From Bacteroidota bacterium (GTDB taxonomy: Bacteria > Bacteroidota > Ignavibacteria > UBA10030 > UBA8401), in the NCBI GenBank assembly GCA_025355705.1, contig JANXZD010000411.1:1-29137 (forward strand): 29,137 nucleotides of DNA, in the 5' to 3' direction. Numbering within the stretch: the first letter of the stretch is position 1; each line of letters begins with the position of its first letter. Positions 1-8,734 of this stretch are shown piece after piece. Under the pieces are notes generated by a model, which worked only from the letters and a program-made list of their open reading frames with translations, was not told the DNA's origin and did not search any database. The position numbers and the translations under genes are program-made.

Positions 1-2510
1 GGCAGATATTCCCAACGCAAAACAGCATTCCCACGCAACTCTTTTGTTGTCGTATTTCTATTCCCAACAAATATGTTCGGGGAACCCCCTGAGACACCGT
101 CAACATCAATGGAGCGACCGACAGTTTCATTATTGTCAACAGAATCAATCACCGTTGAACCGTTTGTCCCATAAATGAGATAATCGTCAGACTTTGATTT
201 CAGCAATACTTTAAGATTTGAATATAATTGTGAAGAGATTAGCGGCTGTAAATACAATTGCAGACTTAATGTCGGCGTAAATGTCCAGTTAAGTCGAATG
301 TTTGCTGATAATTCTTTGTAGTCTAGTTCCGCAAAAACATATCGGTTACCAAATGTATTTACCGCTAACGGATCTGAATACACTGTGCCAATCCATTGCA
401 ATTTATTTAGATCCGTTGTAAGACTTGGTCCTATCGAAAAAGTAATATTGGATATCGGACGATATTGTGTCCAAAATCCCAGCTGGAATGAATTGCCCTG
501 CGTAGATTTTTCTTGATAGCCAAACATCTCCACTACGATTGGTTTACTATAATCGGAGGAAAAATTAACATTGTAACTAAAAGCAGGTTTGCTGATTGTC
601 AATGGTCCACCGCGGGTTCTTCGATTGTTATAAAATTCGTTCGGATTCAAATTCACACCCCAATTAACCGAATAAAAATTCATGAATTGAACAAAACCGA
701 AATGCACCAATATTCGATGGACTAAATTCCCTTCGAAATCGTAACTTTGTCCGAAACCACCGCCAAGTTCCTTCCTTCGAAAAAAACCGTCCGGCTCAGA
801 CCAATTGTATCCGGCACCAATATGCATATTGATCACATCGGCACGGGATTGAAAACCGAGATCGTTTACCTCATAGTTTGGGTTGATGAATCCGAACGAA
901 GAATTAAAAAAGAAATTCCCTTTTTGTTTAATCAAATAAAAACGTCCCGCATATCCCGTCAATGAAGTTGCATTTGAATCAACGTTCAAATTATTAGCAT
1001 CGGGTCTTTGGAAATAATGCTGCGAATTTGTCTGCACATTTGTTATCCTTGTTCGACTTCCTTGAATACGAGAAAGGTTTGTATATCCGGTCATCACCCA
1101 CGCTTTACTGCTATCAAGAAATGTCCAGCCATCCATTCCAACGAACAATCCGTTATCATTCAAACTATTTTTAAGGACATTATCAGAAAATTGCCGTTGT
1201 GTGAAAGTGCTTAACAATCCAATACCTTGCTTCCCATCATTAAAATCACGCTGAACCCTGCCGACACCATAGTATGTTAATGGCTCTACTTCTGCTTCCG
1301 ATCGAAGGCTATTCAATTTGTAATCCGCAAATTCACGAGCAGTAACTGCGTGAATTGTTCCAACATTCCATCCATCCGCAATTTTTCCTGTAATCTTTCC
1401 AGCACCGAGAATTCTTGTCGCAAACGGTGATTCCAAAAAATCAGTATTGCTTAGCGAATCATTTCCCACGGGTGATCGTCCGATCCTTCTACTATAGAAC
1501 GGCGTGGTGTACGGAAAATTAAAATTCCAAAAATTCCTTCCACCTCCTTGTCCGTAATTAGTAAAGATGTTTGCACTTTCAACAAAGAACGGTCGTTTCT
1601 CTTGAAACATGGATTCAACATCGGATAAATTCACGGTAGCGGGATCAACTTCAACTTGTCCGAAGTCTGGATTAATTGTTGCATTCAAAACGAGGTTACT
1701 GCTCAAACCATATCGAATATCGGCTCCAAGATCCGATGAATATCGTGATCCATTGTTGAATGGATTTCCCTGGGCCGGATGAGTATATTCCGCTTTCGAT
1801 GTTGCGAACGGTAAGATCTCTAATGCGTTTGCCGGTTTCACTCCTTCAATTCCGATAAGCTCTGAGAATCGCGAAACAAACCCGCTTTCATTTCTCGGTG
1901 TGAACACAAGATAATCAGTTTCATTCTTTCTTCCGATATCTCTTCGAAAATTTATTCCCCACACTTGTTGATCTTTTTCTTGAAATCTGAGTTGAGAAAA
2001 TGGAATTCTCATTTCAGTAGTCCATCCCTTATCATCAATCGAGGATTTGCCATCCCAAACACCATCCCAATCAGAATTATCCCAATCATCGTTATAGAGA
2101 ACACCATCGCCTACGGAACCTGAAGGACCAATCACGAAATAATTTCCCGAGCGTTTATCTCTATACGGATCAAGAAAAACGCCGAACCAATCTGCCGTGT
2201 TCATATTATCGCGTCGCCCAAGAAGTGCCAATATTGAATCTGGGTGAGCATCATATAATCGAGCGGCGATATAGATCGCATCATTGTCGTACGCAATCCA
2301 TACTTCGGTTTTTTCACTCGGCAACGATCCTTGGTCGGGATCCTTTTGTTTGAAATCAGAAAATGGTTGAGAAGAACGCCAAATGTCTTCATCCAATTTC
2401 CCGTCAATGATGATCCGTTCATTAAGTTTAAGCGCCTGAATATGCTGCGTTGCGTTTGTAAGCGTTGCAATCACTGCAAGACAACCAACCAAACGGTGAA
2501 TCAAATTCAT
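1..2510 (-). CDS. DUF5916-type exported protein with N-terminal CBM9-like domain; 3' end runs off the window
   Basis: Not in the ORF track because it has no stop inside the window. ATG at 2510 follows GGAGG. Manual translation gives MNLIHRLVGCLAVIATLTNATQHIQALKLNERIIIDGKLDEDIW...TEVWIAYDNDAIYIAARLYD...INPDFGQVEVDPATVNLSDVESMFQEKRPFF...YSRRIG...RWEYLP. The frame at position 1 matches the start frame (836 full codons); not every internal codon was checked. Confidence 0.85.
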   Translation of the reverse strand, partial: MNLIHRLVGCLAVIATLTNATQHIQALKLNERIIIDGKLDEDIWRSSQPFSDFKQKDPDQGSLPSEKTEVWIAYDNDAIYIAARLYDAHPDSILALLGRRDNMNTADWFGVFLDPYRDKRSGNYFVIGPSGSVGDGVLYNDDWDNSDWDGVWDGKSSIDDKGWTTEMRIPFSQLRFQEKDQQVWGINFRRDIGRKNETDYLVFTPRNESGFVSRFSELIGIEGVKPANALEILPFATSKAEYTHPAQGNPFNNGSRYSSDLGADIRYGLSSNLVLNATINPDFGQVEVDPATVNLSDVESMFQEKRPFFVESANIFTNYGQGGGRNFWNFNFPYTTPFYSRRIGRSPVGNDSLSNTDFLESPFATRILGAGKITGKIADGWNVGTIHAVTAREFADYKLNSLRSEAEVEPLTYYGVGRVQRDFNDGKQGIGLLSTFTQRQFSDNVLKNSLNDNGLFVGMDGWTFLDSSKAWVMTGYTNLSRIQGSRTRITNVQTNSQHYFQRPDANNLNVDSNATSLTGYAGRFYLIKQKGNFFFNSSFGFINPNYEVNDLGFQSRADVINMHIGAGYNWSEPDGFFRRKELGGGFGQSYDFEGNLVHRILVHFGFVQFMNFYSVNWGVNLNPNEFYNNRRTRGGPLTISKPAFSYNVNFSSDYSKPIVVEMFGYQEKSTQGNSFQLGFWTQYRPISNITFSIGPSLTTDLNKLQWIGTVYSDPLAVNTFGNRYVFAELDYKELSANIRLNWTFTPTLSLQLYLQPLISSQLYSNLKVLLKSKSDDYLIYGTNGSTVIDSVDNNETVGRSIDVDGVSGGSPNIFVGNRNTTTKELRGNAVLRWEYL

Positions 2511-2525
2511 CGAACCTCCAATTAA

Positions 2526-2567
2526 CACAAAAGCGGCATTAGTTATGAACGCTACGCCGCTTCTGTG
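2526..2567 (-). terminator. Hairpin, probable intrinsic terminator of the ECF operon
   Basis: Arms CACAAAAGCGGC (2526-2537) and GCCGCTTCTGTG (2556-2567) pair with one mismatch. On the minus strand the GC stem is followed by TTTTGTGTT, about 25 nt after the DUF4097 stop. Confidence 0.6.
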
Positions 2568-2578
2568 AGTTTGTTACA
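2551..2578 (-). promoter_or_regulatory. Putative ECF-sigma promoter for the DUF5916 gene (TGTAAC-N16-CGTAGC)
   Basis: The minus strand reads TGTAAC aaactcacagaagcgg CGTAGC, matching the general ECF pattern (AAC in -35, CGT in -10, 16-nt spacer). Pattern match only. Confidence 0.4.
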
Positions 2579-2591
2579 TTACTATTGTAAA

Positions 2592-3824
2592 TTATTTTTT
2601 CTTGATGTCGATATAGCCGTTGACAGTTTCAAGTATAATCGTTTCGCCACCGCCGTTGATCACATATCGTGCACGAATCTCTTCACGGTCATCATTTTTT
2701 TCATACGATTCTGCCTTGAAATCAGATCGAACCTCGTACTTTGTTTTTCGTGAGAATGAACCCCAATTGTCGCGTAAACGAATTGTTGCTTCGATGGTTG
2801 CTTTTGTATTTTCAGGTATTGTAAGCCGAACATCACCGCCGGCAGTTTTCAGTTTACTGTTTCCTTTGCCACTAGGAATCAATTCAGCAGTAACATTTCC
2901 GCCTGCAGTGCTTGCTTCAATCGATCCGGTAATATTCTTCAGTTCGATATCACCACCGGCGGTTTTTGCTTCAACTGTTCCGGATGCTCCCTTTAGATTA
3001 AGATCTCCTCCGGCTGTTCTGAGATATGCGCTGCCACTCACTTTTCCAACTCGAACATCACCGCCAGCGGTTGATAGAGAAGCATCTCCACCAATATCAC
3101 CAACTTCAATATTACCACCGGAAGTTCGAGCATCAAGTTTTTTAGCTACTTTGTCGATACGAATATCGCCGCCTGATGTACTAACTGTCGCTTCTCCATT
3201 AACATTTGCAAGAGTGATGTTTCCGCCTGATGTCCGCAGATCTGCTTTGCCTTCTATGTCACCGGTTTTTACATCACCGCCCGACGTGGCCATGCTGACA
3301 GTTCCTTTTACTTTCTCTATTGTAATGTTTCCACCGGAGGTGGATCCTTTTACATCTCCAGTAATATTTCCCTGCAATTCAATATCCCCACCTGATGTTC
3401 TAAGATCCAGTTTAGTTTGCGAAGGAACCGTAATCTGAAATCTTCCATCGCTATGATTACCCCATTTGGGACGATAAGAAACTCTCACTTCATCTCCGGA
3501 TTGTGTCATCTTTACATATTCCATATCTTCTTCATCAATTCCGTCGACAACAACATTGATCTCATTTTTATCCGATGATCTTATCAAGATCTCGCAACCA
3601 CTGACAGAAACCTCAAGAGAGCTTCCTTTCCCCACCGTGAACGTTTGTTCTTTATGAGATTGAATACTGGACGAGGAAGCATTTGCCGCGAAACTTTCAT
3701 GTGAACCTGATTTTCCTGATGTTTTTGCTCGTGGTGCTCTCGGCGTTTCTTGTTCGCTTGCTGTACCAATTGCGTTAACCAGAATGATACAGACTATAAA
3801 TGATACAATAGTTCTTGTTCTCAT
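2592..3824 (-). CDS. DUF4097 family beta-strand-repeat (putative adhesin-like) exported protein
   Basis: 410 aa with an N-terminal signal or anchor sequence and eleven T-[SA]-G-G-[DN] repeats. Its ATG overlaps the TGA of the upstream gene (ATGA, 3821-3824). Confidence 0.85.
   Translation of the reverse strand: MRTRTIVSFIVCIILVNAIGTASEQETPRAPRAKTSGKSGSHESFAANASSSSIQSHKEQTFTVGKGSSLEVSVSGCEILIRSSDKNEINVVVDGIDEEDMEYVKMTQSGDEVRVSYRPKWGNHSDGRFQITVPSQTKLDLRTSGGDIELQGNITGDVKGSTSGGNITIEKVKGTVSMATSGGDVKTGDIEGKADLRTSGGNITLANVNGEATVSTSGGDIRIDKVAKKLDARTSGGNIEVGDIGGDASLSTAGGDVRVGKVSGSAYLRTAGGDLNLKGASGTVEAKTAGGDIELKNITGSIEASTAGGNVTAELIPSGKGNSKLKTAGGDVRLTIPENTKATIEATIRLRDNWGSFSRKTKYEVRSDFKAESYEKNDDREEIRARYVINGGGETIILETVNGYIDIKKK
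2832..3398 (-). repeat. Intragenic repeat array: 11 x T[SA]GG[DN], period about 19 aa
   Basis: Read directly from the translation, from LRTSGGDIEL to LKTAGGDVRL. Confidence 0.85.
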
Positions 3825-4777
3825 TGATATATCTCCTTTACTAAGTTGACCGCACGATTGCGGATATAATTATTTTGTTCTTTTTCAATTTGTTGTTTCA
3901 AAGCATTGATCGTGGCAACATCGAACTTTGTCCCATCCATTTTTATCATTTCAAAAGCGTTTATTGCAGCAACCCGCAATCCAGCGTTGTTATCTTTTGA
4001 AATAACAAATAACAGAGCATCACGGATATCTGCATCGAAGTCATACTGCTGAAGAACTCTTAATGCTTCTCTTCTCACTCCGGGATTACTATCAGACGTA
4101 AGCGACTTTATCAAAGTGGATTTGATCAAAGGATCAATAATCTTTTTATTTTCAGAATGATGCCGGATCGCGTTGACTGTTGAAAGACGAACGCCCGCAT
4201 TCGATTCGTTCAACAACGCGTGGGTGAGCAGTTTTTGAATTTCGGGATCATCAATCTTTCCTTTAATATGCATCGGTGCAACGGCATCAAATTCAAACTC
4301 AACTTCGCCATCACTCGCATCGCTATCAATGAATCGGACATTCGAAATAGATGTTTGTGGTCGAGCATCTGAAGAATTTATAGCCGGTTGAAATAGGAGA
4401 CCGTGTTCACTTGCCATCGGCGAAAATGAATAATACCCGATCACCATGCCAACCAAAAGGATAAGTGCACCTCCAAATGCAATTTTAGGTTGAATGAATT
4501 CAACTGCGACAGCAATAATTTGATAAACAATCGACTTTTTATTCCGCTCTTTGCGTAATGCTTGGCGCAATTGACTGCGGGCATCGCTCAACAAACTATC
4601 AGATGTTTTTGAAGAAGTATTTTGGGAAATAAATGATTTGAGTTCTTTCAGTCCCTGATATTCTTTATTCAAATCGGGATGTTTCTTGAGATACACATCC
4701 AGTTTTACCTGATCTTCGCTGTTTAGTTCGCCATAGACCGAAAGCTGCATTAACTCTTTATACACTTCTTTTTTCAT
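3821..4777 (-). CDS. Putative membrane-anchored anti-sigma factor with C-terminal HEAT-like repeats
   Basis: 318 aa, starting 3 nt after the ECF sigma stop. It has an anti-sigma-like N-terminus (ELMQLSVYGELNSEDQVKLDVYL), one TM segment (IAFGGALILLVGMVIGYYSF) and three repeated units: NAGVRLSTVNAI, NPGVRREALRVL, NAGLRVAAINAF. Confidence 0.8.
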   Translation of the reverse strand: MKKEVYKELMQLSVYGELNSEDQVKLDVYLKKHPDLNKEYQGLKELKSFISQNTSSKTSDSLLSDARSQLRQALRKERNKKSIVYQIIAVAVEFIQPKIAFGGALILLVGMVIGYYSFSPMASEHGLLFQPAINSSDARPQTSISNVRFIDSDASDGEVEFEFDAVAPMHIKGKIDDPEIQKLLTHALLNESNAGVRLSTVNAIRHHSENKKIIDPLIKSTLIKSLTSDSNPGVRREALRVLQQYDFDADIRDALLFVISKDNNAGLRVAAINAFEMIKMDGTKFDVATINALKQQIEKEQNNYIRNRAVNLVKEIYQ

Positions 4778-4780
4778 ATT

Positions 4781-5344
4781 CTACCCGTATAAATCTTGCA
4801 AGTGGATTCTCATCTTTTGTGTCGCTTCAAATAGATATTTTTTTACAGTACCTTCAGCACAATTCATCATTACCGCAATATCTTTCAATTTATAATCTTG
4901 ATAATGCCTAAGAGTAAATACCAATCTTTGTTTCGGGGATAAATTTTGTAATGCATTTTCAATTCTGTACGAAATTTCATTCCCGAACGTTTGAGAATCT
5001 GTTTCACTATCACTTACCGCAACCACAGCAGTAGTTTCGTCATCATTATCGTCATCCAGCAAGAGATGCAAATTTCTTTTTTTCTTCTCCCGGTACGTTA
5101 GACAAACATTCGTTGCAATTCTAAATAACCAGGTGGAAAATTCACTCTGCTGTTGAAACTTTGACAATCCTTTAAATACACGGATAAACGTTTCCTGATA
5201 GATATCTTTTGCATCTTCAGCACAGCGGGTGTACCGTGAAGCAATATTGAGCACATCTTTATCATATCGAAAGATGAGTTGTTCAAATGCAGAGAAATTT
5301 CCTGCTTTGGATTGCTCTATGAGTTCAGTATCCGTTTGCGCCAT
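4781..5344 (-). CDS. ECF (group 4) RNA polymerase sigma-70 factor
   Basis: Region 2 motifs (DAKDIYQETFIRVF, FSTWLFRIATNVCL) and region 4 motifs (LSPKQRLVFTLRHYQDYKLKDIAVMMNCAEGTVKKYL). Start placed at MAQTDTELI (5344) rather than 5413 because the extra codons contain promoter-like motifs. Confidence 0.92.
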   Translation of the reverse strand: MAQTDTELIEQSKAGNFSAFEQLIFRYDKDVLNIASRYTRCAEDAKDIYQETFIRVFKGLSKFQQQSEFSTWLFRIATNVCLTYREKKKRNLHLLLDDDNDDETTAVVAVSDSETDSQTFGNEISYRIENALQNLSPKQRLVFTLRHYQDYKLKDIAVMMNCAEGTVKKYLFEATQKMRIHLQDLYG

Positions 5345-5361
5345 ATGACTGCATTTATCTA

Positions 5362-5389
5362 TTAGACTTTCGATGCTGTAAAAAGGTTG
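5362..5389 (-). promoter_or_regulatory. Putative autoregulatory ECF promoter (CAACCT-N16-GTCTAA)
   Basis: The minus strand reads CAACCT ttttacagcatcgaaa GTCTAA, ending 17 nt before the 5344 ATG. It resembles RpoE/AlgU-type GAACTT...TCTAA promoters. Confidence 0.5.
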
Positions 5390-5397
5390 TGGTGTTA

Positions 5398-5426
5398 TTG
5401 CAACCTTTTCCATCGAACCGTATATT
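5398..5426 (+). promoter_or_regulatory. Putative sigma70 promoter (TTGCAA-N17-TATATT) for the 5450 gene
   Basis: TTGCAA at 5398-5403, a 17-nt spacer, TATATT at 5421-5426, and the ATG at 5450. Confidence 0.5.
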
Positions 5427-5449
5427 ATACAAATAATGGTGAACTTACG

Positions 5450-5848
5450 ATGAAAATAATGTTCGGTTGCATACTGTTTCTTCCAATTCTATCATTGGGA
5501 CAACAGCGGGAATTTAGTTTTTATATAGAGAGGAAGGATTCTATCTTATTGCTGCGCCTCACCTCAATGGAGACTTTCCCTTGCTTAGGATACTCAATGA
5601 GAACAGTCGAAATGTGGGATCATGATACATTGGTAGTTGATATCCGGGGATTTGTAAAACCGTTACAGTGTTATAGTATTGCAGATGTTGCAAGGAAGAC
5701 ACAACAGATCATCGGGATTAGATCAAAACAGTTCGGTGTAAAACTTCGATGGAAAGATACATCTGATCTCTGGCTTATTAATACAGCAACAGAATCAGTG
5801 ACCGCAGTAGAAAAACATGTCGCTTTTACTTCTTGGTTCAGGGATTGA
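5450..5848 (+). CDS. Hypothetical exported protein (132 aa)
   Basis: MKIMFGCILFLPILSLGQQ looks like a signal peptide cleaved before Gln. The mature part has two Cys. The gene has an upstream promoter and a downstream terminator. Start trimmed from the ORF-track 5387. Confidence 0.65.
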   Translation: MKIMFGCILFLPILSLGQQREFSFYIERKDSILLLRLTSMETFPCLGYSMRTVEMWDHDTLVVDIRGFVKPLQCYSIADVARKTQQIIGIRSKQFGVKLRWKDTSDLWLINTATESVTAVEKHVAFTSWFRD

Positions 5849-5896
5849 ATCTCCCTATAGGATACTAATGAATGGATCCTTCGTCCTTTCATCCAA

Positions 5897-5934
5897 CAAA
5901 AAGGGAATAGCATATCATTCATATTCCCTTTTTG
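5897..5934. terminator. Bidirectional intrinsic terminator
   Basis: Perfect 13-bp inverted repeat CAAAAAGGGAATA / TATTCCCTTTTTG between convergent genes, with A and T tracts on both sides. Confidence 0.8.
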
Positions 5935-5949
5935 ATATAAAAACTCTTA

Positions 5950-6354
5950 TTAATTTTTACGAACTGCGGGATTACTTGATTCAATCATCAGCATTCTTCG
6001 CTTTGGAAAATTCTTTTTATCCTGTAACTGAAATTGCACATCAAAAACAACTTCGGAAGCGCGCTTCTTTCCATAGAACGTTTCCGGTATCCACTTTACT
6101 TTTCGGAGCGTGGATTTAACGGAATTACTAAAAATTCCATAGCCTCCAAAATCTATCGCGGTGACGTTCCCAAGAGAATCAATTTCTACACTTACTCTTG
6201 CAATATCTTCAACTCCGGCGCGGCGTGCCAATTCAGGATAGACGATAAGACTCTTCAATGAATCCCATCCAATCTCCGGCTTTGCTTCTACCAGAGCATC
6301 TTGTGAATAACCAAATGAAACTAACAACAGAATAGAAATGCATAGCGATTTCAT
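5950..6354 (-). CDS. TonB C-terminal domain protein (energy transducer TonB family), short form
   Basis: AAGGAG precedes ATG 6354. The protein reads MKSLCISILLLVSFGYSQD (signal-like), then LIVYPELARRAGVEDIARVSVEIDSLGNV...KVKWIP, a TonB_C pattern. Confidence 0.8.
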   Translation of the reverse strand: MKSLCISILLLVSFGYSQDALVEAKPEIGWDSLKSLIVYPELARRAGVEDIARVSVEIDSLGNVTAIDFGGYGIFSNSVKSTLRKVKWIPETFYGKKRASEVVFDVQFQLQDKKNFPKRRMLMIESSNPAVRKN

Positions 6355-6419
6355 ATAATGCTCCTTGTTAATTGATATACGAATTTCATTGAATTTCCAC
6401 CGAGAGTCAAGCCCTATAA

Positions 6420-7493
6420 TCAATCTTTCTTTTCAATGTTTGAAGAACCAAATGGAATTACACGTTTCGTCGATGCGCTTAAAATTGCTGCTTCAATCAA
6501 GCGAATTGTATCCCTTCCTTCCTCAGGTTTTACAATAATTCTTCCTTTCCCTGTTATCGCATCAAAAATATTTTCATAATATGCAGGATAATTTCCATTC
6601 TCGGTTTCTCTTGTTGTGATACTATGTTCGCCTTTCATTTGCGTATTGAGTTTTCCCCATAACTCAATAGAATCTTTCCCCCAATCAAGGCTTAACGGTT
6701 GTTCTCCACGTTTTAGCATTTCTTCCTGAGGATCGAGCCCGTATTTCACAAACGAACCTTCCGTTCCGTGCAGTGTAAACCGTGCACCGGCTTCGCGTAC
6801 CAACAATCCTGAGCGTAGTATGACTTTTATAACATCATAATAGAGTATCATTTCAAAGTGGTCAATAATTTTCCCACCATCACGTCGTGCTCCCATATCA
6901 GCATAAACAGAATTTGGCAGCCCAAACAATACTTGTGCCTGATCGATCAAATGAGAGCCAAGATCATATAACAATCCGTTCCCTTTGTCGCCGCTTTCTT
7001 TCCAAGGATTATCGCGGATGAAGTTTACATAACGATCGTAATGCGATTCGTATTCAACCAACCGTCCCAGCAGGTTTTGCTCGACAATTTTTTTTACCGT
7101 AAGAAAATCACCATCCCAACGTCGGTTTTGGAAAACGCTGATGATCTTTCCTTTTTTCACCGAAATATCAATAAGCTCCTGAGCCTCCGTTGAGGTAACG
7201 GTAAATGGTTTGTCTATTATTACATGTTTGTTTGCAAGAAGTGCTCGTTTCCCCAAATCGTAATGAGTAGTGTTTGGTGTGGCGATAACAATAAGATCAA
7301 TATCTTTATTTTGAAGAGCCTCATCAATATTTTTTACAATAGTAGCCCATGGATATTTTTTGCGAGCCTTTTCCGAGCTGCGTTCAACAACCGTTGTTAA
7401 TTCAAAATTTGGGTTCGACGCAATAAGCGGTGCATGAAAAACCTGTCCCGCCATACCATAGCCTATAAGTCCTACTTTTATTTTTTTATCCAT
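6420..7493 (-). CDS. Gfo/Idh/MocA family oxidoreductase (YdgJ/IolW-like)
   Basis: Rossmann motif VGLIGYGMAG, plus IATPNTTH, HVIIDKPF, FQNRRWDGDF and LYDLGSHLIDQA. Confidence 0.92.
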   Translation of the reverse strand: MDKKIKVGLIGYGMAGQVFHAPLIASNPNFELTTVVERSSEKARKKYPWATIVKNIDEALQNKDIDLIVIATPNTTHYDLGKRALLANKHVIIDKPFTVTSTEAQELIDISVKKGKIISVFQNRRWDGDFLTVKKIVEQNLLGRLVEYESHYDRYVNFIRDNPWKESGDKGNGLLYDLGSHLIDQAQVLFGLPNSVYADMGARRDGGKIIDHFEMILYYDVIKVILRSGLLVREAGARFTLHGTEGSFVKYGLDPQEEMLKRGEQPLSLDWGKDSIELWGKLNTQMKGEHSITTRETENGNYPAYYENIFDAITGKGRIIVKPEEGRDTIRLIEAAILSASTKRVIPFGSSNIEKKD

Positions 7494-7649
7494 ATAATGA
7501 CAATAGACGTGTTATGTGAAATACCAATGATTCTTACCTCTTGTTTTATTTAAAACTTATCTCTTCCTATCGTAAAAATCAACACTTTCATTTTCCACTA
7601 GGTACACCTATATTTCGACAAATAAATCTGTTAAATCGAGGAAAAAATC

Positions 7650-8423
7650 ATGGCATACGAGACACTGTTACTCACCAAAGAAAACGGATACGCGCTTATC
7701 CAGATCAATCGCCCTCAGGCATTGAATGCCCTCAACTCACAAGTGCTGATAGATATTTATAATGCACTCTTCGAAATAGATCATGAAGATGAATTCAAGT
7801 GCTCTATTGTAACCGGAAATGAAAAGGCATTTGCTGCCGGAGCTGATATAAAGGAAATGACAGATAAAAACGGGAAACAGATGTTCAATGACAATCAGTT
7901 CGAATCCTTCTACAAAATTCGGACAATCAAAAAACCGATCATTGCCGCCGTCAACGGATTTGCGCTTGGAGGCGGATGTGAACTAGTGATGGCGTGTGAT
8001 ATGATCATTGCAAGCGAAACGGCAAAGTTTGGTCAGCCGGAAATTAATCTTGGTGTGATTCCGGGAATGGGAGGCTCGCAGCGATTAACGCACGCTGTTG
8101 GTAAGTATAGAGCAATGGAATTACTCCTAACCGGAGATATGTTCTCTGCGGAAGATGCATTGAAATGGGGATTGGTAAACAAAGTTGTTCCAAGTGAATT
8201 TTTGGTGGAAGAAGCCAAGTCCCTTGCAAAAAAAATTGCAGGCAAGCCGTTAATGGCAATTCGTGCTGCAAAAGAAATGATCAACAAAGCAGATGACCTT
8301 TCTTTACACGATGGATTGGAATACGAACGCAGAAAATTTGCAGACCTATTCGACACTGAAGACCAAAAAGAAGGAATGAAAGCGTTTGTGGAAAAGCGAA
8401 AAGCGGTTTGGAAGAATAAGTAG
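7650..8423 (+). CDS. Enoyl-CoA hydratase (crotonase superfamily, PaaF/Crt-like)
   Basis: INRPQALNALN, AFAAGADIKEM, and both catalytic Glu motifs of true hydratases (GGGCELVMACD, GQPEINLG). Confidence 0.93.
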   Translation: MAYETLLLTKENGYALIQINRPQALNALNSQVLIDIYNALFEIDHEDEFKCSIVTGNEKAFAAGADIKEMTDKNGKQMFNDNQFESFYKIRTIKKPIIAAVNGFALGGGCELVMACDMIIASETAKFGQPEINLGVIPGMGGSQRLTHAVGKYRAMELLLTGDMFSAEDALKWGLVNKVVPSEFLVEEAKSLAKKIAGKPLMAIRAAKEMINKADDLSLHDGLEYERRKFADLFDTEDQKEGMKAFVEKRKAVWKNK

Positions 8424-8734
8424 TGAAGTCGTTGAGTCGTTGAGTTAATGTGAAAACAATTTTAGCCACAGAGTTCACAGAGAAAATTTAGCAACAAAAC
8501 ATCATTAACAAACTTTAATTGGAACTCTCGTTTTTTTTCTGTATGTTTAAGTGTTGCAAATATGCAACACCGCATCTGAAAATCTAACACTGTCTCAGAA
8601 GCGGATATACGACACGCTTCTCTGATGGCAATTCGCATTAGGATATTCCTTCCGCACACTGCATCCAAAAAGCAGCGAGTCATTTTTTAACACAACATTT
8701 GCCTTACATCAACACTCTGCGACTGTTCTCGTTT

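Noticed and set aside
2620-3438. 272-aa plus-strand ORF
   Set aside because: Antisense shadow of the DUF4097 gene; its SPP repeats mirror the GG[DN] codons.
5399-5424. Mirror ECF promoter on the plus strand (TGCAAC...CGTATA)
   Set aside because: The spacer is 14 nt, too short; the sigma70 reading with a 17-nt spacer fits better.
8462-8683. 73-aa minus-strand ORF in the intergenic mosaic
   Set aside because: No recognisable motif or RBS; composition does not look protein-like.
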